From Dicyema japonicum (Eukaryota; Animalia; Dicyemida): a DNA stretch of 64,000 bases. The notes beneath the pieces were generated by a model. The model made no database searches, was not told the origin of the DNA, and saw only the letters and a list, made by a program, of their open reading frames with translations. Of this stretch, positions 1 through 12,960 are shown piece by piece (positions within the stretch are counted from its first letter, which is position 1; the number at the start of each line of letters is the position of its first letter). Where the stretch lies: NCBI GenBank assembly GCA_011109175.1, contig RDEW01000008.1:753954-817953 (forward strand), in the 5' to 3' direction. The position numbers and the translations under genes were made by a program.

Positions 1-743
1 TTTCTTGAACATACTATTAGCTGGAAGTAGGCTTGCAATGAGACCCTAAAGTCATTATAAAAGTTGTTCATCTTTGTAAATATAAAATGTAACACTTGGC
101 AGATTCCAATGAAGACAAAAATCGTTTGTTTGTGTTTACATTTAACTTCTCTGTGTGATTGATATAAAAGGAAAAGCGAATTACTCTAAATTATTTCCTT
201 TTTCTTCGATGGCGTCATTGGATCCACTTTACTTGGGAGACGCCCTATGCCTGGCCAACATCAAAAGGATCCAACTAATCTTCCCCTGGGGGACATTTTC
301 GTTACCTAGAGACAAGTTCTGGGATGAGTCAGGATCAAGGAGTTAATTAGTTTGTTACCATTGGTCTTCGGAATATTTTTAATTTAGTAATAAAACTCAC
401 CACACGAATGAAGAGCTTTTGTATACTTTAGAAAACGTCAAATTGCAAGGATATTATTATTATTGCTCACTGTAGTTAATTTTTTACATTTTTAGTTGAC
501 CTCGCTTATTATCGTTGTCCGAGGAAACACAAGTACATTTATCTTCGAAAATACAAGTTTTTATTCGCCGTGATTTCCGGTTAAAATTGAATTTATTCAT
601 TAGAGCTGAAAGACTGTCTAAACGAGGACGAAAACAAGCTCCTGGAACCGATTAGCAAGATTGTGGAGGATTGGATCAATGGTTTCAGGAGGAGATCAAA
701 GGTCCAGGACACATACATAAAGCTGGAGAATAAAGATTAAAAA

Positions 744-880
744 GCTGGGAGAAACGTTCCGAAAAAGATTAATAATAAAAAAAAGGAGGAAGGGTCCAGG
801 TGTGGATTCTAAGCCTTATGGTAGGACTCAGATGTAATACCCTCCAGTAATCTCCTTAACTCTTTTGTCAATAATCGTTT
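744..880 (-). repeat. Dispersed copy of the terminal segment of the gene remnant at 45790-46700
   Basis: About 130 bp clearly similar to 45791-45912; minus strand reads LLTKELRRLLEGITSESYHKA*NPHLDPS. Confidence 0.7.
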
Positions 881-1330
881 CGTTTTTTCGTTCAGATGGG
901 CATTTTATGAGTTCCGAGATTGACGACGACGTATTTTTAAACATTGACAATTATTTTTCATTTTTCGAACAAAATGTGGTAAACAAGCCGATAGAACAAA
1001 GTTCCTTCATGTTTTGTGCGAATAATAGTGGAATGGAAGCAATATGAGTTACTCAAAGTAGATGGTATCCTTTAAGATTATAAACAAGGTTTCGAATATT
1101 GATTACCAAAATCCAACATTTCCAGATTATTGTTATGGACACGTGTATTCAATATCTAAGGAATTCATCCAATCCGAATAACTGCAAAAACCCTACTAAA
1201 CGTATCGACGATGTTTATTTTTTAAGGTTGAGAGAGTTATTAAAGATGTCTGTTGATTAGACAGCATTCCATTGCTTACACAAAATCAGTTTTTTTTCAC
1301 AACCATGAAAATTTAAAAAATATATTTCAA
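880..1330 (+). pseudogene. GT31 beta-1,3-galactosyltransferase-like pseudogene
   Basis: Across frames reads DDDVFLNIDNYF...TQSRW...SNIDYQNPTFPDYCYGHVYSISKEF...IDDVYF, matching GT31 motifs (DxD, RWY, YPxYCxG, IDDV). Has in-frame stops and frameshifts and a probable 24-nt intron (gtatcc...aacaag). Confidence 0.7.
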
Positions 1331-1439
1331 TCTACATGTGGATGGAAAATTGCTAAAAAATTATTTAACGATATAAAAAAACATGCAACGTGCGTTCGAT
1401 TCGGTGGCGTTAAAACTCTCTCGAGTTGGCAAAAATGTT

Positions 1440-4400
1440 GAAAGGAACAAAGGAGAAAGGTCACTTGCGTTACCTGATGGTATGAATGTAATTCTTGCCA
1501 TATCCGAGAGCGTTGTGGCAGCTGACCCAAAAGAATGGGCGAGGCAGGTAGTCCTGCAGGTACGTAGCAGGCTATCCTGAATGCCCTGGAATAGTTGGCC
1601 ATACTTGGCGGACCTCTGCAGTGGCAGATTCAGTACTGCTATATCTGTGAGTGAACTCAAGAAAATGGCTGTAGGCAAAGAGGGTACTGGTCTAAAGGGG
1701 CGGGGACCAGATGACCACAACTGTCAAAGAGAGCACGAGCACCAGAGCTGTGATACGTTGCAGCTCAAGCATGTTTATGAGGTCTTTGCGCGGAATCTCG
1801 CTGCAGCGGCAGATGTCCCACTTGAGGACCGTAGATTTACCCGCAAGATTCCTCATTGTAAGGTTAACGGTGTAGTGTTAACCTGCATCAATAAGGCTGT
1901 GGCTTATGCGGTGGAGGCTAAGCCAGTAGGGTCATTGGGTGACATCTCCCTAGTGCTGTATGCAGCACAGATCACCTATGAGGAATTGACGGACAAGCCC
2001 AGACCACCCAGTAAATGGAGGGAGCAGATCTGTGCCAAGATTGCTTGGAGACAGACTGAGCTGGAAGCACTGGAGGGGCACATAAGTAGTGTGGCGAGAG
2101 GGGTTAGAGGAAAAGCACCGGCTATAGTAAAGGGGCTAATTAGTAAACTCCGTGTTCCCAAATGGGACCTCAAAGAGTTGAGGAGGGCAAAGGTGGAGTT
2201 AGAGGGGGCAATAATGGTGTATAAGAGGAAACTCTATACACATGAAAGTCGGTGTAAGAGAAGGAGAGAAAATAATCTGTTTGAGTTTAATCGCAGATTG
2301 TTTTACCGTCGCCTACACGAAAATGGCCATAGTGTATGTTCCCAGCAGGACGCGGAAATGCTTTCCACATGGGGTAGTATGTGGGAGGCTAAACCACGCA
2401 GAGGAAATGCGTGGAATGTCCCGTACAGCGCCGCTCCTTTCTTGGCGGAATCTTGCGGAATTTTCGATTTTCGCAAGAAATTTGAGGCGGTAGTGAGACA
2501 TCTCCCTGATTGGAAGACGACCGGGGTCGATAAAGTTTATAATTTCTTTATCAAAAGATGCACTTCATTACACGAGTCTATGTGTCGTGTATTACAGAAA
2601 AGCATCACTAACCCGGAAACGATTCCTGATTGGGCATGCACAGGGACAACTTATTTGATCCCAAAGCTGGACAACCCCCAGTCTGCTGCAGATTATCGAC
2701 CGATAACCTGCATGCCAACCCTGTATAAGCTGATGACCAAATTGGTGGCTAATGAGGTCAGGAGCTTTGTAGAGCAAATGGGATTCTCTCCGAGAATCAG
2801 TTGGGAACTGTGCGAAATTGTCAGGGGGCAAAAGAGCAGGCTTTGATCAACAAATGCCTTTCTGTGTCTCACGGAAACTCACTTTTGTCTATGTGGGTGG
2901 ATGTGAAGAAGGCTTACGATTCAGTTGATCATTCTTACCTTGTCGAGTGCCTACACAGTCTGTGTATGCCTGTGTGGTTCATCAGCTTTGTAGTGGCTGT
3001 GATGAATAGGTGGAGTATTCATCTGAACTATAATAGGCACCGGATAGGCGAGGTAAAACTCAAGAGGGGGATCCTTCAGGGGATAGCATGTCTCCGCTAC
3101 TCTTTGTTCTCTGTTTGGAGCCATTGAGTCGCCGCCTCAATGACCGGTTTGAGCAAATACCAGTTCATTGTGAAGGGGTCTGTTTCAGTACAAATCACCT
3201 TCTTTTTATCGATGACTGAAGATGTATGCTCGAACAGCCGAGGAGCTCTACTCCATGGGGGTCTGTGCCAGGGAATTCTTTGAGAGTATAGGCTAGATTT
3301 GAATTATTCAAAGTCTGCGACTAACACGCAAGTATGTAGCGAGTTAGTAAGAGTCCTAGAGGAACACGAAGGATATAAGTATCTGGGTGTTACCGAATCT
3401 CCAAAGTCCCTTATAATGCCTGAGACAAAGCGACAAATTACTGAAGGCATCCGTAAAAGAGCAGCGTTATTGTGTAAGACGTCTCTAAATGCAAGGAATT
3501 TGTTCCTAGCATTAAATGAGTATGCTGTCTCGCTGCTAAACTACTACATAGGTGTTGTGGAGTTTGAGCCCAAAGAGTATGATGAGATGGATGTTATGAT
3601 CCGTGGAGTACTCAGAGAGAACCATGTCCATGTGTTGGCAGCCAATAAGGAGAGACTATATTTACCCCGTGATAAATTCGGCCGTGGACTGTGTGGAGTA
3701 GTCCAACTAAGTGAGCGTATCCTAATGCGAATGCACGACACCCTGATAGCTGGGTCAAGTGTGTCTGCTAGGAAGCACGCCATAATAACGACCGAGAAAA
3801 CACGGGCAACCCACCTAGGCACTATCAGACCTTTTTTGTCTGCTAAGTATGGTGTTGATGATGGTGGGCTAGTAAATGTGAAGGCGTTGATCGAATTACA
3901 ATATAATAATTTGATGGAAAAGATCAACTTAAAAAGCCTTCATAAGGTCCTCTTCAGAGCATTGGACAACCCACATGTCGACCTTAAGTCGTCGACAATA
4001 TGGCTAAAATACGGTGACAACTCACCTCGATCGGAGGCGTTGTACACGTATATGCAAGACCGCAATATTTTTTGGGGTCGATCAACAAATACATGTCCCC
4101 ACTGTAAGTCAAGGAGCATGTCGGTTGATCATTTAGCCACTCGATGTGGATCCATGCTCTGCCACGACTATGTGTGGAGGCACAACGAGGTAGTAAGGAG
4201 TCTTCATCTTCTACTATGCAATAAGTATGGTATTCGCCACACCAGAAAGTTGCGGACTCATAAGGTGCAATCTGTAGTAGAGAACACCAGGGTCCAAATT
4301 AAGGTAGACAGTGTTATCCGTACCTCGGTGCTAGTCAAGCACAATAAACCGGACATTGTGGTACACGATAAGGAGTCTGGCCAAGTCCTTATCATAGAAG

Positions 4401-4820
4401 TTGGCATCACGTCTCAAGACCGTTTGCAGACTGTGGAGGTGGAGAAAAAAAGGAAGTATGACTTTCTTGCAAACGAGATGGGGCAGATGCTTGGTTGCAA
4501 GGTCCTCGTTATTCCTATAGTAATGACGTGGGAAGGAATTGCAACAAAGTACCACAAGGGTTATCTGAAGCAGTTGGGGGTAGATAGGAAGCTCCAGGCC
4601 TATCTACAGTCCACTGTGTTAAAGCGGACCCTAGAGAGCTTGACACTGGAGTATAGGAGGCAGAGCCCTGAGATGCCATATGGGCAGAGGGTTCAATTTG
4701 ACAATGCGCTCTCGGAGTTGTTTCAGCAACCAGAATCGAACCTGCCTGAGGAGGCTGGCGAACAGGCAGGCGAGGAAGGTTGTTGATAAATATATTAACT
4801 TTTTTATTGTTTGTTAAATA
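1440..4820 (+). mobile_element. R4/Dong-like non-LTR retrotransposon (RT + CCHC + restriction-like endonuclease), frameshifted
   Basis: ORFs 1581-2846, 2801-3127 and 3299-4786 join into one protein: YRPITCMPTLYKL, VDVKKAYDSV, GILQG(DS), FIDD, YKYLG, CPHC..DHLATRC, KPDIVV..IIEVG..EKKRKY. Single-base frameshifts near 2777, 3080 and 3217; stop at 1578. Confidence 0.92.
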
Positions 4821-5829
4821 AAGATAACTTTCACATAAAAATTGTTGATTTGACGTTTTATAATAAAATTATTATTAGCAGCAAAATATAATCATCCAAA
4901 GACTTTACTTTATAGTGAACTCGTCCTCAGAGATCTAATCAGTGTCTCCCAGCCTGACGTGTAAAAACTTACCATAAACTCAGGAATTCAAATGCAATAT
5001 TCTCGGGTGGTACATCAATTCATTATTTGAAAAATCTACTCTTGAATGGTCTATTTACTTCCTATGATATCAATGCTCTAAAAATCCTCGATAATTAGTA
5101 TTTTGAAATCAAACCCGTTCATTCCGATCCCTCTTCTACCCCAACTTATTCCCTGTCAGTATTTTCAAAATTGTTGAATGAGTAGAACTGTATGACATGG
5201 AATTGCATCGTTGCTAAATTCCGCAGATGTAGAAGCCCATTCTCTACTGTTAGATCGTCCAGGAATGTCATGCAATACCACCCGAATCTCAACATTTTTA
5301 TTTTTTATAATTGGTTCTTTAAAATGGAAAATATCTCTTCCAACGTCGATTTCTGACTTGATATAAAACACGTTTATTTCCGATAGTTTTTTCCAAAAAA
5401 ATAGCGTTTTCAAATTCTTGCCACTTTCAGACTTTTATTTTCGATCTCTTAACTAACTCATCTGAATTTACACGTGCTGTCCTAATCTAGTCCACTTGGC
5501 ATAGCGCATTCACGGTTTTTATATTTCCTTTGTGTTCAAATAGTTAAAGTGACAGCGGTGTTGCTGTTGATGATTGAGTCCACTTCGATATGAAGGAGAG
5601 GTTTGATCCTCAGGGTAATAACACTCAAAACCATGCAAAAATGATTAACTTTAGTTGATCTCAACAATGTCAATCATGTTTTTGACGACCAGAAGACGAT
5701 CACCTTTTGTCTGGGTCTACCTTCGAGTTTTGCGCAGAACCCAAGACATCTGTCGGATCTCTGGGAGCGTCTCCTTTTAGCTGTGATGTCCTTGTTTACC
5801 ACCAGTTTCTTTCATTAGAAAGATCGGGG

Positions 5830-6310
5830 GTAAATAAATAAAAAACCTTAGCTTAGAGGGCAGGATTACGTGAGCGTTCCCTCTGATCATTGCTGTTTCG
5901 AACCTTTGCCTCTACCAAAATCTTCAAAGCGATCCCTCATCATATATTTGAAAGAAATGCGTCCTCTTCTCTCCCACGACACCGGAAGTCTCCAGAAAAG
6001 ATGTCCGGAAACGTGGCGTTCCAAACGAGTGATTTAACTCGGAGTATAGAAATAATGACATCCAATCGGCCTCCTACCCTCTGTCCGAGCTTAAGGCTCC
6101 AGTTGAGTTAGGAACCCTCTCTGAGGGTCCTTGAACAACTTCATTGAGAGTTTTGTGGTGCGTGACACATTCCGCACTCTGTCAGCAAGACAGGTGTCGA
6201 CGTTCCCTCCACAACGGCATCTGTGTCGCTAGATATATCCAATCCGAGTAATGGTGCCACTCCGATCCTCAGGCAATTCACGTCAAAGAGTTTTTGTGAT
6301 TCAAAGTTTT
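5830..6310 (-). mobile_element. CRE-clade non-LTR remnant (RLE region and 3' end)
   Basis: Minus strand gives CRCGGNVD, VWNAT and AMIRGNAHVIL, typical of the CRE C-terminus. Confidence 0.6.
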
Positions 6311-6532
6311 ATCGACCAAAATAAACTTAGTCTGCTACTTCTTGCTTGTGATAACTTAAATCAAGTGTCCCTATAATCATAACTCCTTCCCTAAAAAACT
6401 AAGCTACTTGATCTTCTCTCCTAAAACATCTTTAATAACACTATTGATAATTTACTTATTTAAAAAAAATAAAATAAATTTTTGATAATTTACTTGTTTT
6501 ACTCTGTTCAATCATTAATTTATGTTAATAAA

Positions 6533-6675
6533 ATATCTATGGTTTTATTCAAAATCCAAAGGATCAACTTAAACCTTTGTGTTTGCAATGTGGTGCCGAT
6601 TTTTTAACGAAGCGATGAAGCCATCTCGCTCATTGATACACGCAAAACGTAAGCATCCTCATTGGAAAAGATATT
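6533..6675 (+). mobile_element. hAT (Buster/Charlie-type) transposase N-terminal BED-finger fragment
   Basis: GFIQNPKDQLKPLCLQCGADF / NEAMKPSRSLIHAKRKHP matches the GF..P.C..C...NE.MKPS.L.RH..KHP pattern. Confidence 0.7.
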
Positions 6676-7559
6676 GAATTCTAGAACTCTAAACCAAAAC
6701 TATAGCAAAGGATAAAACTAACTTCATTATAGACCTCAAACTATTCAGGGCATGTGTATTCATATAAAGTTGCATAAATTATCGACAATACTGGTTTTTC
6801 TTATTTTAATTAATTTAGGTAATCCTCATTCTATTGCTGAGAATTGTACCTTTATTTGTAGAATTATTTATAAAACATGTTCTGCAGAGGAATCTTCCGA
6901 ATTATTAAAAATATTCCGATTTTCTAAACATCTAGAACATTCCTTAATTATTAATCTCAGAAAAACAATATTTTCTGTACAACTTATCAGAATCATAGAG
7001 GCCCGGACACCATTATTTTCCTTCCCTTTGATGGCGCACCTTACTGAGGAGACGCCGGTATCAAGAGGATCCACTATTCTTCCCCGGGGGACATTTCGTT
7101 ACCAGCAGACAAGTTCTAGAACGCTGGAACGAGTCAAGGAGTTAGTTACTCGCTGATGCGAAAAACGTCCTTTAGATACCGAAGGTTGGAATCTGGAAAA
7201 ACTTCAAATCAAGTTCGGAAGAATACGCTTACTTCGCCTTTCTATTTGTCCATTCCCTGGGAATTATTACAATTCTACGTTCATCCCCGATTTGATCTGG
7301 ATTTTGTGCTGACCACAGGTATACAATAGTGGTCTACTAACAAATTAAATGACTTGGAACAAAACCCCGTGTGAAAAAAAAAACTTAAGGGTCTAAAAAA
7401 TAATCAACACTCTCTCAAAACCATTTCTCCAAAGAACTCAGGTTATAACTTTCCCGTTCTCAGTTACAATTAACTGACAACACCTATCTTGTCTGAATGA
7501 TCCCGTGACTTTGATGTCCACTGTGAACATCGATGCGGCGAAACAGTAATATGTAAATG

Positions 7560-9545
7560 GTCTTGACTTAATGATATGTAAGCGGAGATTCCTTACGTCT
7601 TGAATGCGTTTATCAAGAAAACAATGGAAAATGCTGGATTCACTTGCCTAATCAACATATAAGTCTCGACAGAAAAAATGACAAGAGACCAGAATGGCTA
7701 ATCCCTAGGAAAGCTTTCTATAAGGTATGAGGAATTGCCCTGAAATCTAACGATTTGGTCATTCATGCTACCTGTCATCCCTCGCAAGCTGAGTGCCTTG
7801 GTCAACTAAATCTTGTGTTTTTGCTACAGATTGAGTCTGAACCCTGTGCTTGACACGGTTGTGGCAGCAGTGGACAGCAAACGGGCATGGTGTCCCGAAG
7901 AACTTTATCTCTCAATAGGACTTGAATGAAATATTTTCTGGAAAAAGCTGAATGAACTTGGAAGGTCCACAGACACTTATCGTCACATATGTCTAAATGC
8001 AGCTTCTGCTGAGAATTCGGGGTCCTGGCTCAATGCTTCCCTGTACGTGTGATCGGTACTCTCTGCTTAAATGGGAAATATAATCAGCGTCGGAGTTGCT
8101 ATTCGCTAGGCCTTTAGCTCTGTCTGGAACGATGGTTGACAGGAAAGGACCACATCCGCTGTCATTCTGACGGAGAGTCTGGAGATTTCCTCGTAGCGCA
8201 ATGTTAAACTCAATAGTCATGACGGCATTACTTCGTGTCCATTCAAAATGGCCTCCAATTAATTTTTCAAGTTTTGGATAAGTTCATCAATAAACATCAC
8301 GAGATATTAGCGAAACGACATCTTTAGGTAAAAGGTCATCTTTTTTAAATCTTATAAAAATTGATTTTACCAAGGTCCTCCGACATCTTTAGGTAAAAAA
8401 GTCATCTTTTTTAATCTTACAAAAATTGATTTAAGGGTCCTAATGGGTAAGTGGAACAATTTACCAAGGTCCTCGACATCTTTAAGTAAAAAGTCATCTT
8501 TTTTAAATCTTATAAAAAATGATTTTAACGGGTCCTATGGGTAAGTAGAACATTTTACCATGGTCCTCCGAACCCTATGATTTTAAGATTCTAAGTGACT
8601 TCAAAGTAAAAATTAATTATATTATCAAAACTAAATTTAATGAGTTATGATCTCTTTTAAATTATTTTATTATAATAAAACTTTTGAATAATTTAATTAA
8701 TCAATTGATTCACTATTGCATGGCGTTTCTCGTTAACCAAAAGGGAAATAGAAGTTTAGAAAATGATGGAACTCTGTATTATTTAAAATACAGGAAGGGA
8801 CATAGCACATATTGGAGGTGCTCAGGTCGTAGCTGTCTTGGATCTGTAAAAATCATTCAATCGTGTGATGAAGTTTGGAGTCTGAAGCAATCATCTCCAA
8901 GGAGTGAATTTGTCAAGAAGAGCTAATACGGGAAAACATAAAGCTTCTTGGAAGCAGTTATTCACAATATCGGTAATAATTAATCACGCATGTAATTCCA
9001 ATAATATTCTGTCTTTTAACATCAAAAAGTGAAAATGAAATATGACACAATGCTTCAAATTATAAGATTTAAAAAAAGATGACTTTTTCAACCTAAAGAT
9101 GTCGAGGACCTTGGTAAATTGCTCCACTTACCCATTGGACCCGTTTAAAATCAAATTTTTGTAAGATTTAAAAAAGATGACTTTTTTTACCTAAAAGATG
9201 TCAAGGACCTTGGTAAAAATATCTCGTGATGTCTATTGATGAACTTATCCAAAACTGAGAAATTTAATTGGAGGCCATTTGAATGGGAACCCATTACTTG
9301 CCATCTAGAACACGCCGGTTTTAGTAGAGGTGGTGGCAAGAGGCCGGATGGCGCAAAGACATGACATGGAGCTAAGAGAGGCGTCTTGCTTGGAATTTAA
9401 CGTGCATGGACACTTTCTATAATGGGAAGTTGCTCAAGTTATCGTTGCGCGCGGTTTCAGCAGCGAGCACTGCTGAATATCTAAAAGGAGTAAGTTCAGC
9501 GGCATCAAGGACTTGATTGTCTTCTGGACTCAAACATAAAGCAAA
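7560..9545 (+). mobile_element. CRE-clade non-LTR remnant(s), interrupted at 8234-9291 by a foldback element
   Basis: AASAENSGSWLNA...NSIVMTALL on the left continues as LEHAGFSRGGGKRPDG on the right; a second LDRKNDKRPE fragment lies near 7660. Confidence 0.7.
8234..9291 (+). mobile_element. Foldback/MULE-like non-autonomous DNA transposon with modular TIRs and a FLYWCH remnant
   Basis: Long TIRs (about 8234-8570 and 9055-9291) are built from a roughly 88-bp subrepeat. 8-bp TSD cattactt at 8226-8233 and 9292-9299. Internal ORF 8684-8926 contains LYYLKYRKGHSTYWRCSGRSC (FLYWCH). Confidence 0.85.
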
Positions 9546-9723
9546 AGATAAGAACGAAAAGTAAAGAACATTTTTAATGTCTCGGATCACCGTGAGTGTT
9601 CTTATTCCTTAAATAAAGTACGAGTTCTTCCTAAGGTGAGATAAATAACATTAAGTGTAGTATGAAATATTAAAAATTAGTGGTCCCATGGGCACGGAGG
9701 CCCCCATGGGGCACGTGCATAGA

Positions 9724-9779
9724 AAATTTTGATTTTTTTATTTATTTAACCCAAGACCACGGTAAAACCAAACTAATTA
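9724..9779 (-). mobile_element. 56-bp extremely 5'-truncated LINE 3' end with 11-bp TSD
   Basis: Flanked by acgtgcataga at 9713-9723 and 9780-9790; sequence matches the LINE 3' UTR at 14370-14420. Confidence 0.8.
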
Positions 9780-9839
9780 ACGTGCATAGAAGATAGATGA
9801 GTCAATATATAGCCAGTAAAACGTTTGTAGTACGGGATG

Positions 9840-10200
9840 ATTCCCGATTTCCCATACACAATTTTTCGCATTTGTTTAGCACATTTTAAACTTGCCGCGA
9901 GAAACAAATTTGTTTATCGAATGTTACTAACAGGATTTTTGTAGTTTAAAATGATAATGTTTTAGCATCCGTTTTAATTTCCATTGACTTGTTTTACATT
10001 TCCTAAGATGTAACTAATTTATCAGGGCTAACTGTTAGTGGTTTGTGTTTAACCCGGTAATGTATTCTGTCTGATCATGGTAAAATAATGTCATCTGCAT
10101 AAGCCAAAAGAAGATCTTTTTCCCTTCTCCGTATAAAATATCATCCAGAATATGTTTCAAACTTCGCAGTGGCATATAGCCATTGGGAACACTGTGACGG
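9840..10200 (-). mobile_element. Degenerate LINE RT fragment
   Basis: Minus strand GVPNG and LLAYADDIIL. Confidence 0.55.
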
Positions 10201-11728
10201 AAGCTGTTCAAAGTATATATACACGTGACATCCCGATCTACATGTGACTATCTGAAAGTTGATTGAAAGACAATTTATCCCCATGTAGTGATTAAGTTTT
10301 TGAGACATTTTAGAGGTTAGTTAATAAAAAACTAGACAATTTTGTGGAGTTGTCCCATTAAAGCTATAGAATCGGTATCATATTAAAGTGTGAAAGTGCT
10401 TTTATGAACACAGCAAAAATAAATATCGTTTATGAACATGATTATCATTCATTTGGGTTGTATTCATGGGAAGATTATCATAGAGCTGACGCTCCCAGAG
10501 ATCCGAAAGCTATATTTGGTTCCGTAGTTAGCAGGACACCGACAAGAGAAGAAATGACCTGCTTTCTGGTCGTCAAGAAAGAACGATGTCATAGTGGAGA
10601 GGACGATTGTCCAACACTGTACAAATATGAATGTGAATTCGAGTGATGACCACAACGTAGGCGAGCAAAGTGGACTCGAACTTCCAGCTTAGTGGATATC
10701 TAAAATGAATATAGCACCACTAAAGTAACGCATTGTGAGAAAGTACTACAAAAACCTTCATAATACGCTTGAAATGGATGATCCTACACGAGCAGATATT
10801 CAGAGCACAGTAATCGAAAGGCCTTAAAAAGCATGCGAGTACAACATAAATATGAATTGGACACGTGGGACGGCCCACGAGAAACTCATATTGATATTAG
10901 GGTGGTCGACGGAAAAGACGAGATTTGAAGATGCTGTCTGCTGGATAGTTTAAGTGAAGGCATTAACTCTCCAGGAATATAATTATTCCTTTTTACGTGT
11001 CTCTGCTTCCCGCCTTAGTGAATATTTTGGTCAAATCCTGATTTTTGAAACTTGCACAGATGGTTCTACAAAAAAACTTTCCAGATAATTTCAGGACGCA
11101 TTTCTGAGAGTTCTATTGAACACAGTTGTTTGTTCTATCCATTTCCGACTGAACATAATATTAATGTCATAGCTAAGACAACATAAATTTTTCTCTTAAA
11201 AAAATTTACATCAAAAAGTCAATTAAATTGCCTTAATAGGTACTAAAAATTGACCGACAAATGAGTTGATTTAGTTTTTTATTTGTTAAACACAAAAGGA
11301 ATCAGTTCTTAAATTCGAAAAAATCATCTTTTCCATGATATAAGGCAATTCGGAGAGCAGTTGCATCATCGGGAAACTGAAGTATCCATCGAACTGGATG
11401 AACACTATGGCAAATGGACAAAGGTACGCAAATGGTGACTTCTGTACAGCAGCATATATAAGAATGTTTTGATCAGTTGCGACAAACAATGTTATGGCGG
11501 CTTACTTCCAGAGCAGTTGTGGATATCGCAGACATCCTCGCTACTCTCTCCCTATTGCAATTTATCGAGAGTTTGTGACTGTAAAGAATAAACTCGAAAA
11601 TTTCCTTCTAACAATCGCCTTCTCAAGGAGAGCGTGGATGAATCTAACATAAATATTTTCCACGATGTTGCAGAAGCGACGAAGAAATAACATTCTTTTA
11701 GTTGCGTTTTGCAAAATAATAATAAAAC

Positions 11729-11940
11729 ACAAAATTATATAAAATGATACATTTTTGTTGAGGAATTTTTTTTATTTGTTATTATTTTTTCAAGAATTGA
11801 AAATGATTTCTCCTCTTGACTGGATGTTGCCTGGACAAAATTATATAAAATGATACATTTTTGTTGAGGAATTTTTTTTATTTGTTATTATTTTTTCAAG
11901 AATTGAAAATGATTTCTCCTCTTGACTGGATGTTGCCTGG
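11729..11940. repeat. Perfect 106-bp tandem duplication
   Basis: 11729-11834 is repeated at 11835-11940. Confidence 0.9.
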
Positions 11941-12099
11941 TGTTCCATTATAATGAATAGTCCAAGAAAAAAAGTAATATTTCAGTTGAATACAACTTAG
12001 ACTTCTCTAACCATGTTTCTAAATTATGTAACACTGATTGATACCATATCTTAGTCCGACATTGCTTCTCAGTTTCCCTTCTCACAAAAACATTTAAGA

Positions 12100-12960
12100 T
12101 TGAACAGATTTATATCAAAGAAAATTTTGTTAAAAAGAGGGGTTCCACAAGGATCTGTCTTAAGTCATCTTTTATTCAATTGCTTTATGTGTAACATCCC
12201 GAAGTTTGAACACTGAAATTCGAAAATGCTAATATATGCCGATGATATTCTTTTGCTCGGTCTTAGTAATAATAGATCGATTTCCTGGAAACGTGTTTTG
12301 ACACATGTCAAAATAATTAAATGCTGATGCCGAGATAAATGTCCTTATCTCTTGAAAAATGTACTGCTTCATGGATTGTGAATTTCAAGAACAAATCAAA
12401 GATTTTATTGATACTGGAGCGATCAAATGAATGGAACAGTTACAATTTCTTGGAGTTTGTGTAAACTCGAAGGGTTCCTTCATTAATTATATCAAGAAAA
12501 AGAAGAAAAAAGCTACGGGGATGTTGAAATCACTTCTACGTTTTCAAATGAGTCCGGAAACTTTTCTTTATGTGTATACAGCTTGTATAGAACCATTCTT
12601 GATTTATGGCTTCCAAGGATGGTTTGAAAGTGATGAGAGAAGTACTATTGTAGAGCTTCTCGATAAATCGAGGAGATATGCTATTAAACTGGCATATGGA
12701 CTTGATTTAAAGTCTAAATTACCGCCAAGTGATGAGAGACGTACTAGATCCGTTGAGGAAATATTGCACCACTTGAAAAAATAATTCTTGTTGGATGCAA
12801 GGGGTCAATAATTCAAAGAGGAGACATATGGTGTCTCGTTAAACCAGACCCCATCAACCAAGCCAAACTCGTTGGCTTCTCCCTTTTTAATTAGTTTTTG
12901 ATTAGTAACGAGTTTGTTATGTTAATAAAGTATCTATTTAAATAAGTTCAACTTGTGAGA
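12100..12960 (+). mobile_element. APE-type LINE RT 3' fragment (distinct family)
   Basis: RGVPQGSVLSHLLFN, LIYADDI, QFLGVCV, YTACIEPFLIYG; AT-rich 3' tail. Confidence 0.75.

Noticed and set aside
1327-4555. Minus-strand ORFs overlapping the R4 element (and similar antisense ORFs over other LINEs)
   Set aside because: Shadow ORFs of GC-richer coding sequence; no independent motifs.
8320-8570. Regularly spaced repeats resembling a CRISPR array
   Set aside because: Units are contiguous with no unique spacers, are mirrored as an inverted arm, and the context is eukaryotic; explained as foldback TIR modules.
10404-10646. 80-aa ORF with Cys/His residues
   Set aside because: No recognisable motif or splice structure; flanks are decayed.
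11729-11940. Perfect 106-bp tandem duplication
   Set aside because: No coding or structural signal; an ordinary recent duplication or assembly stutter.
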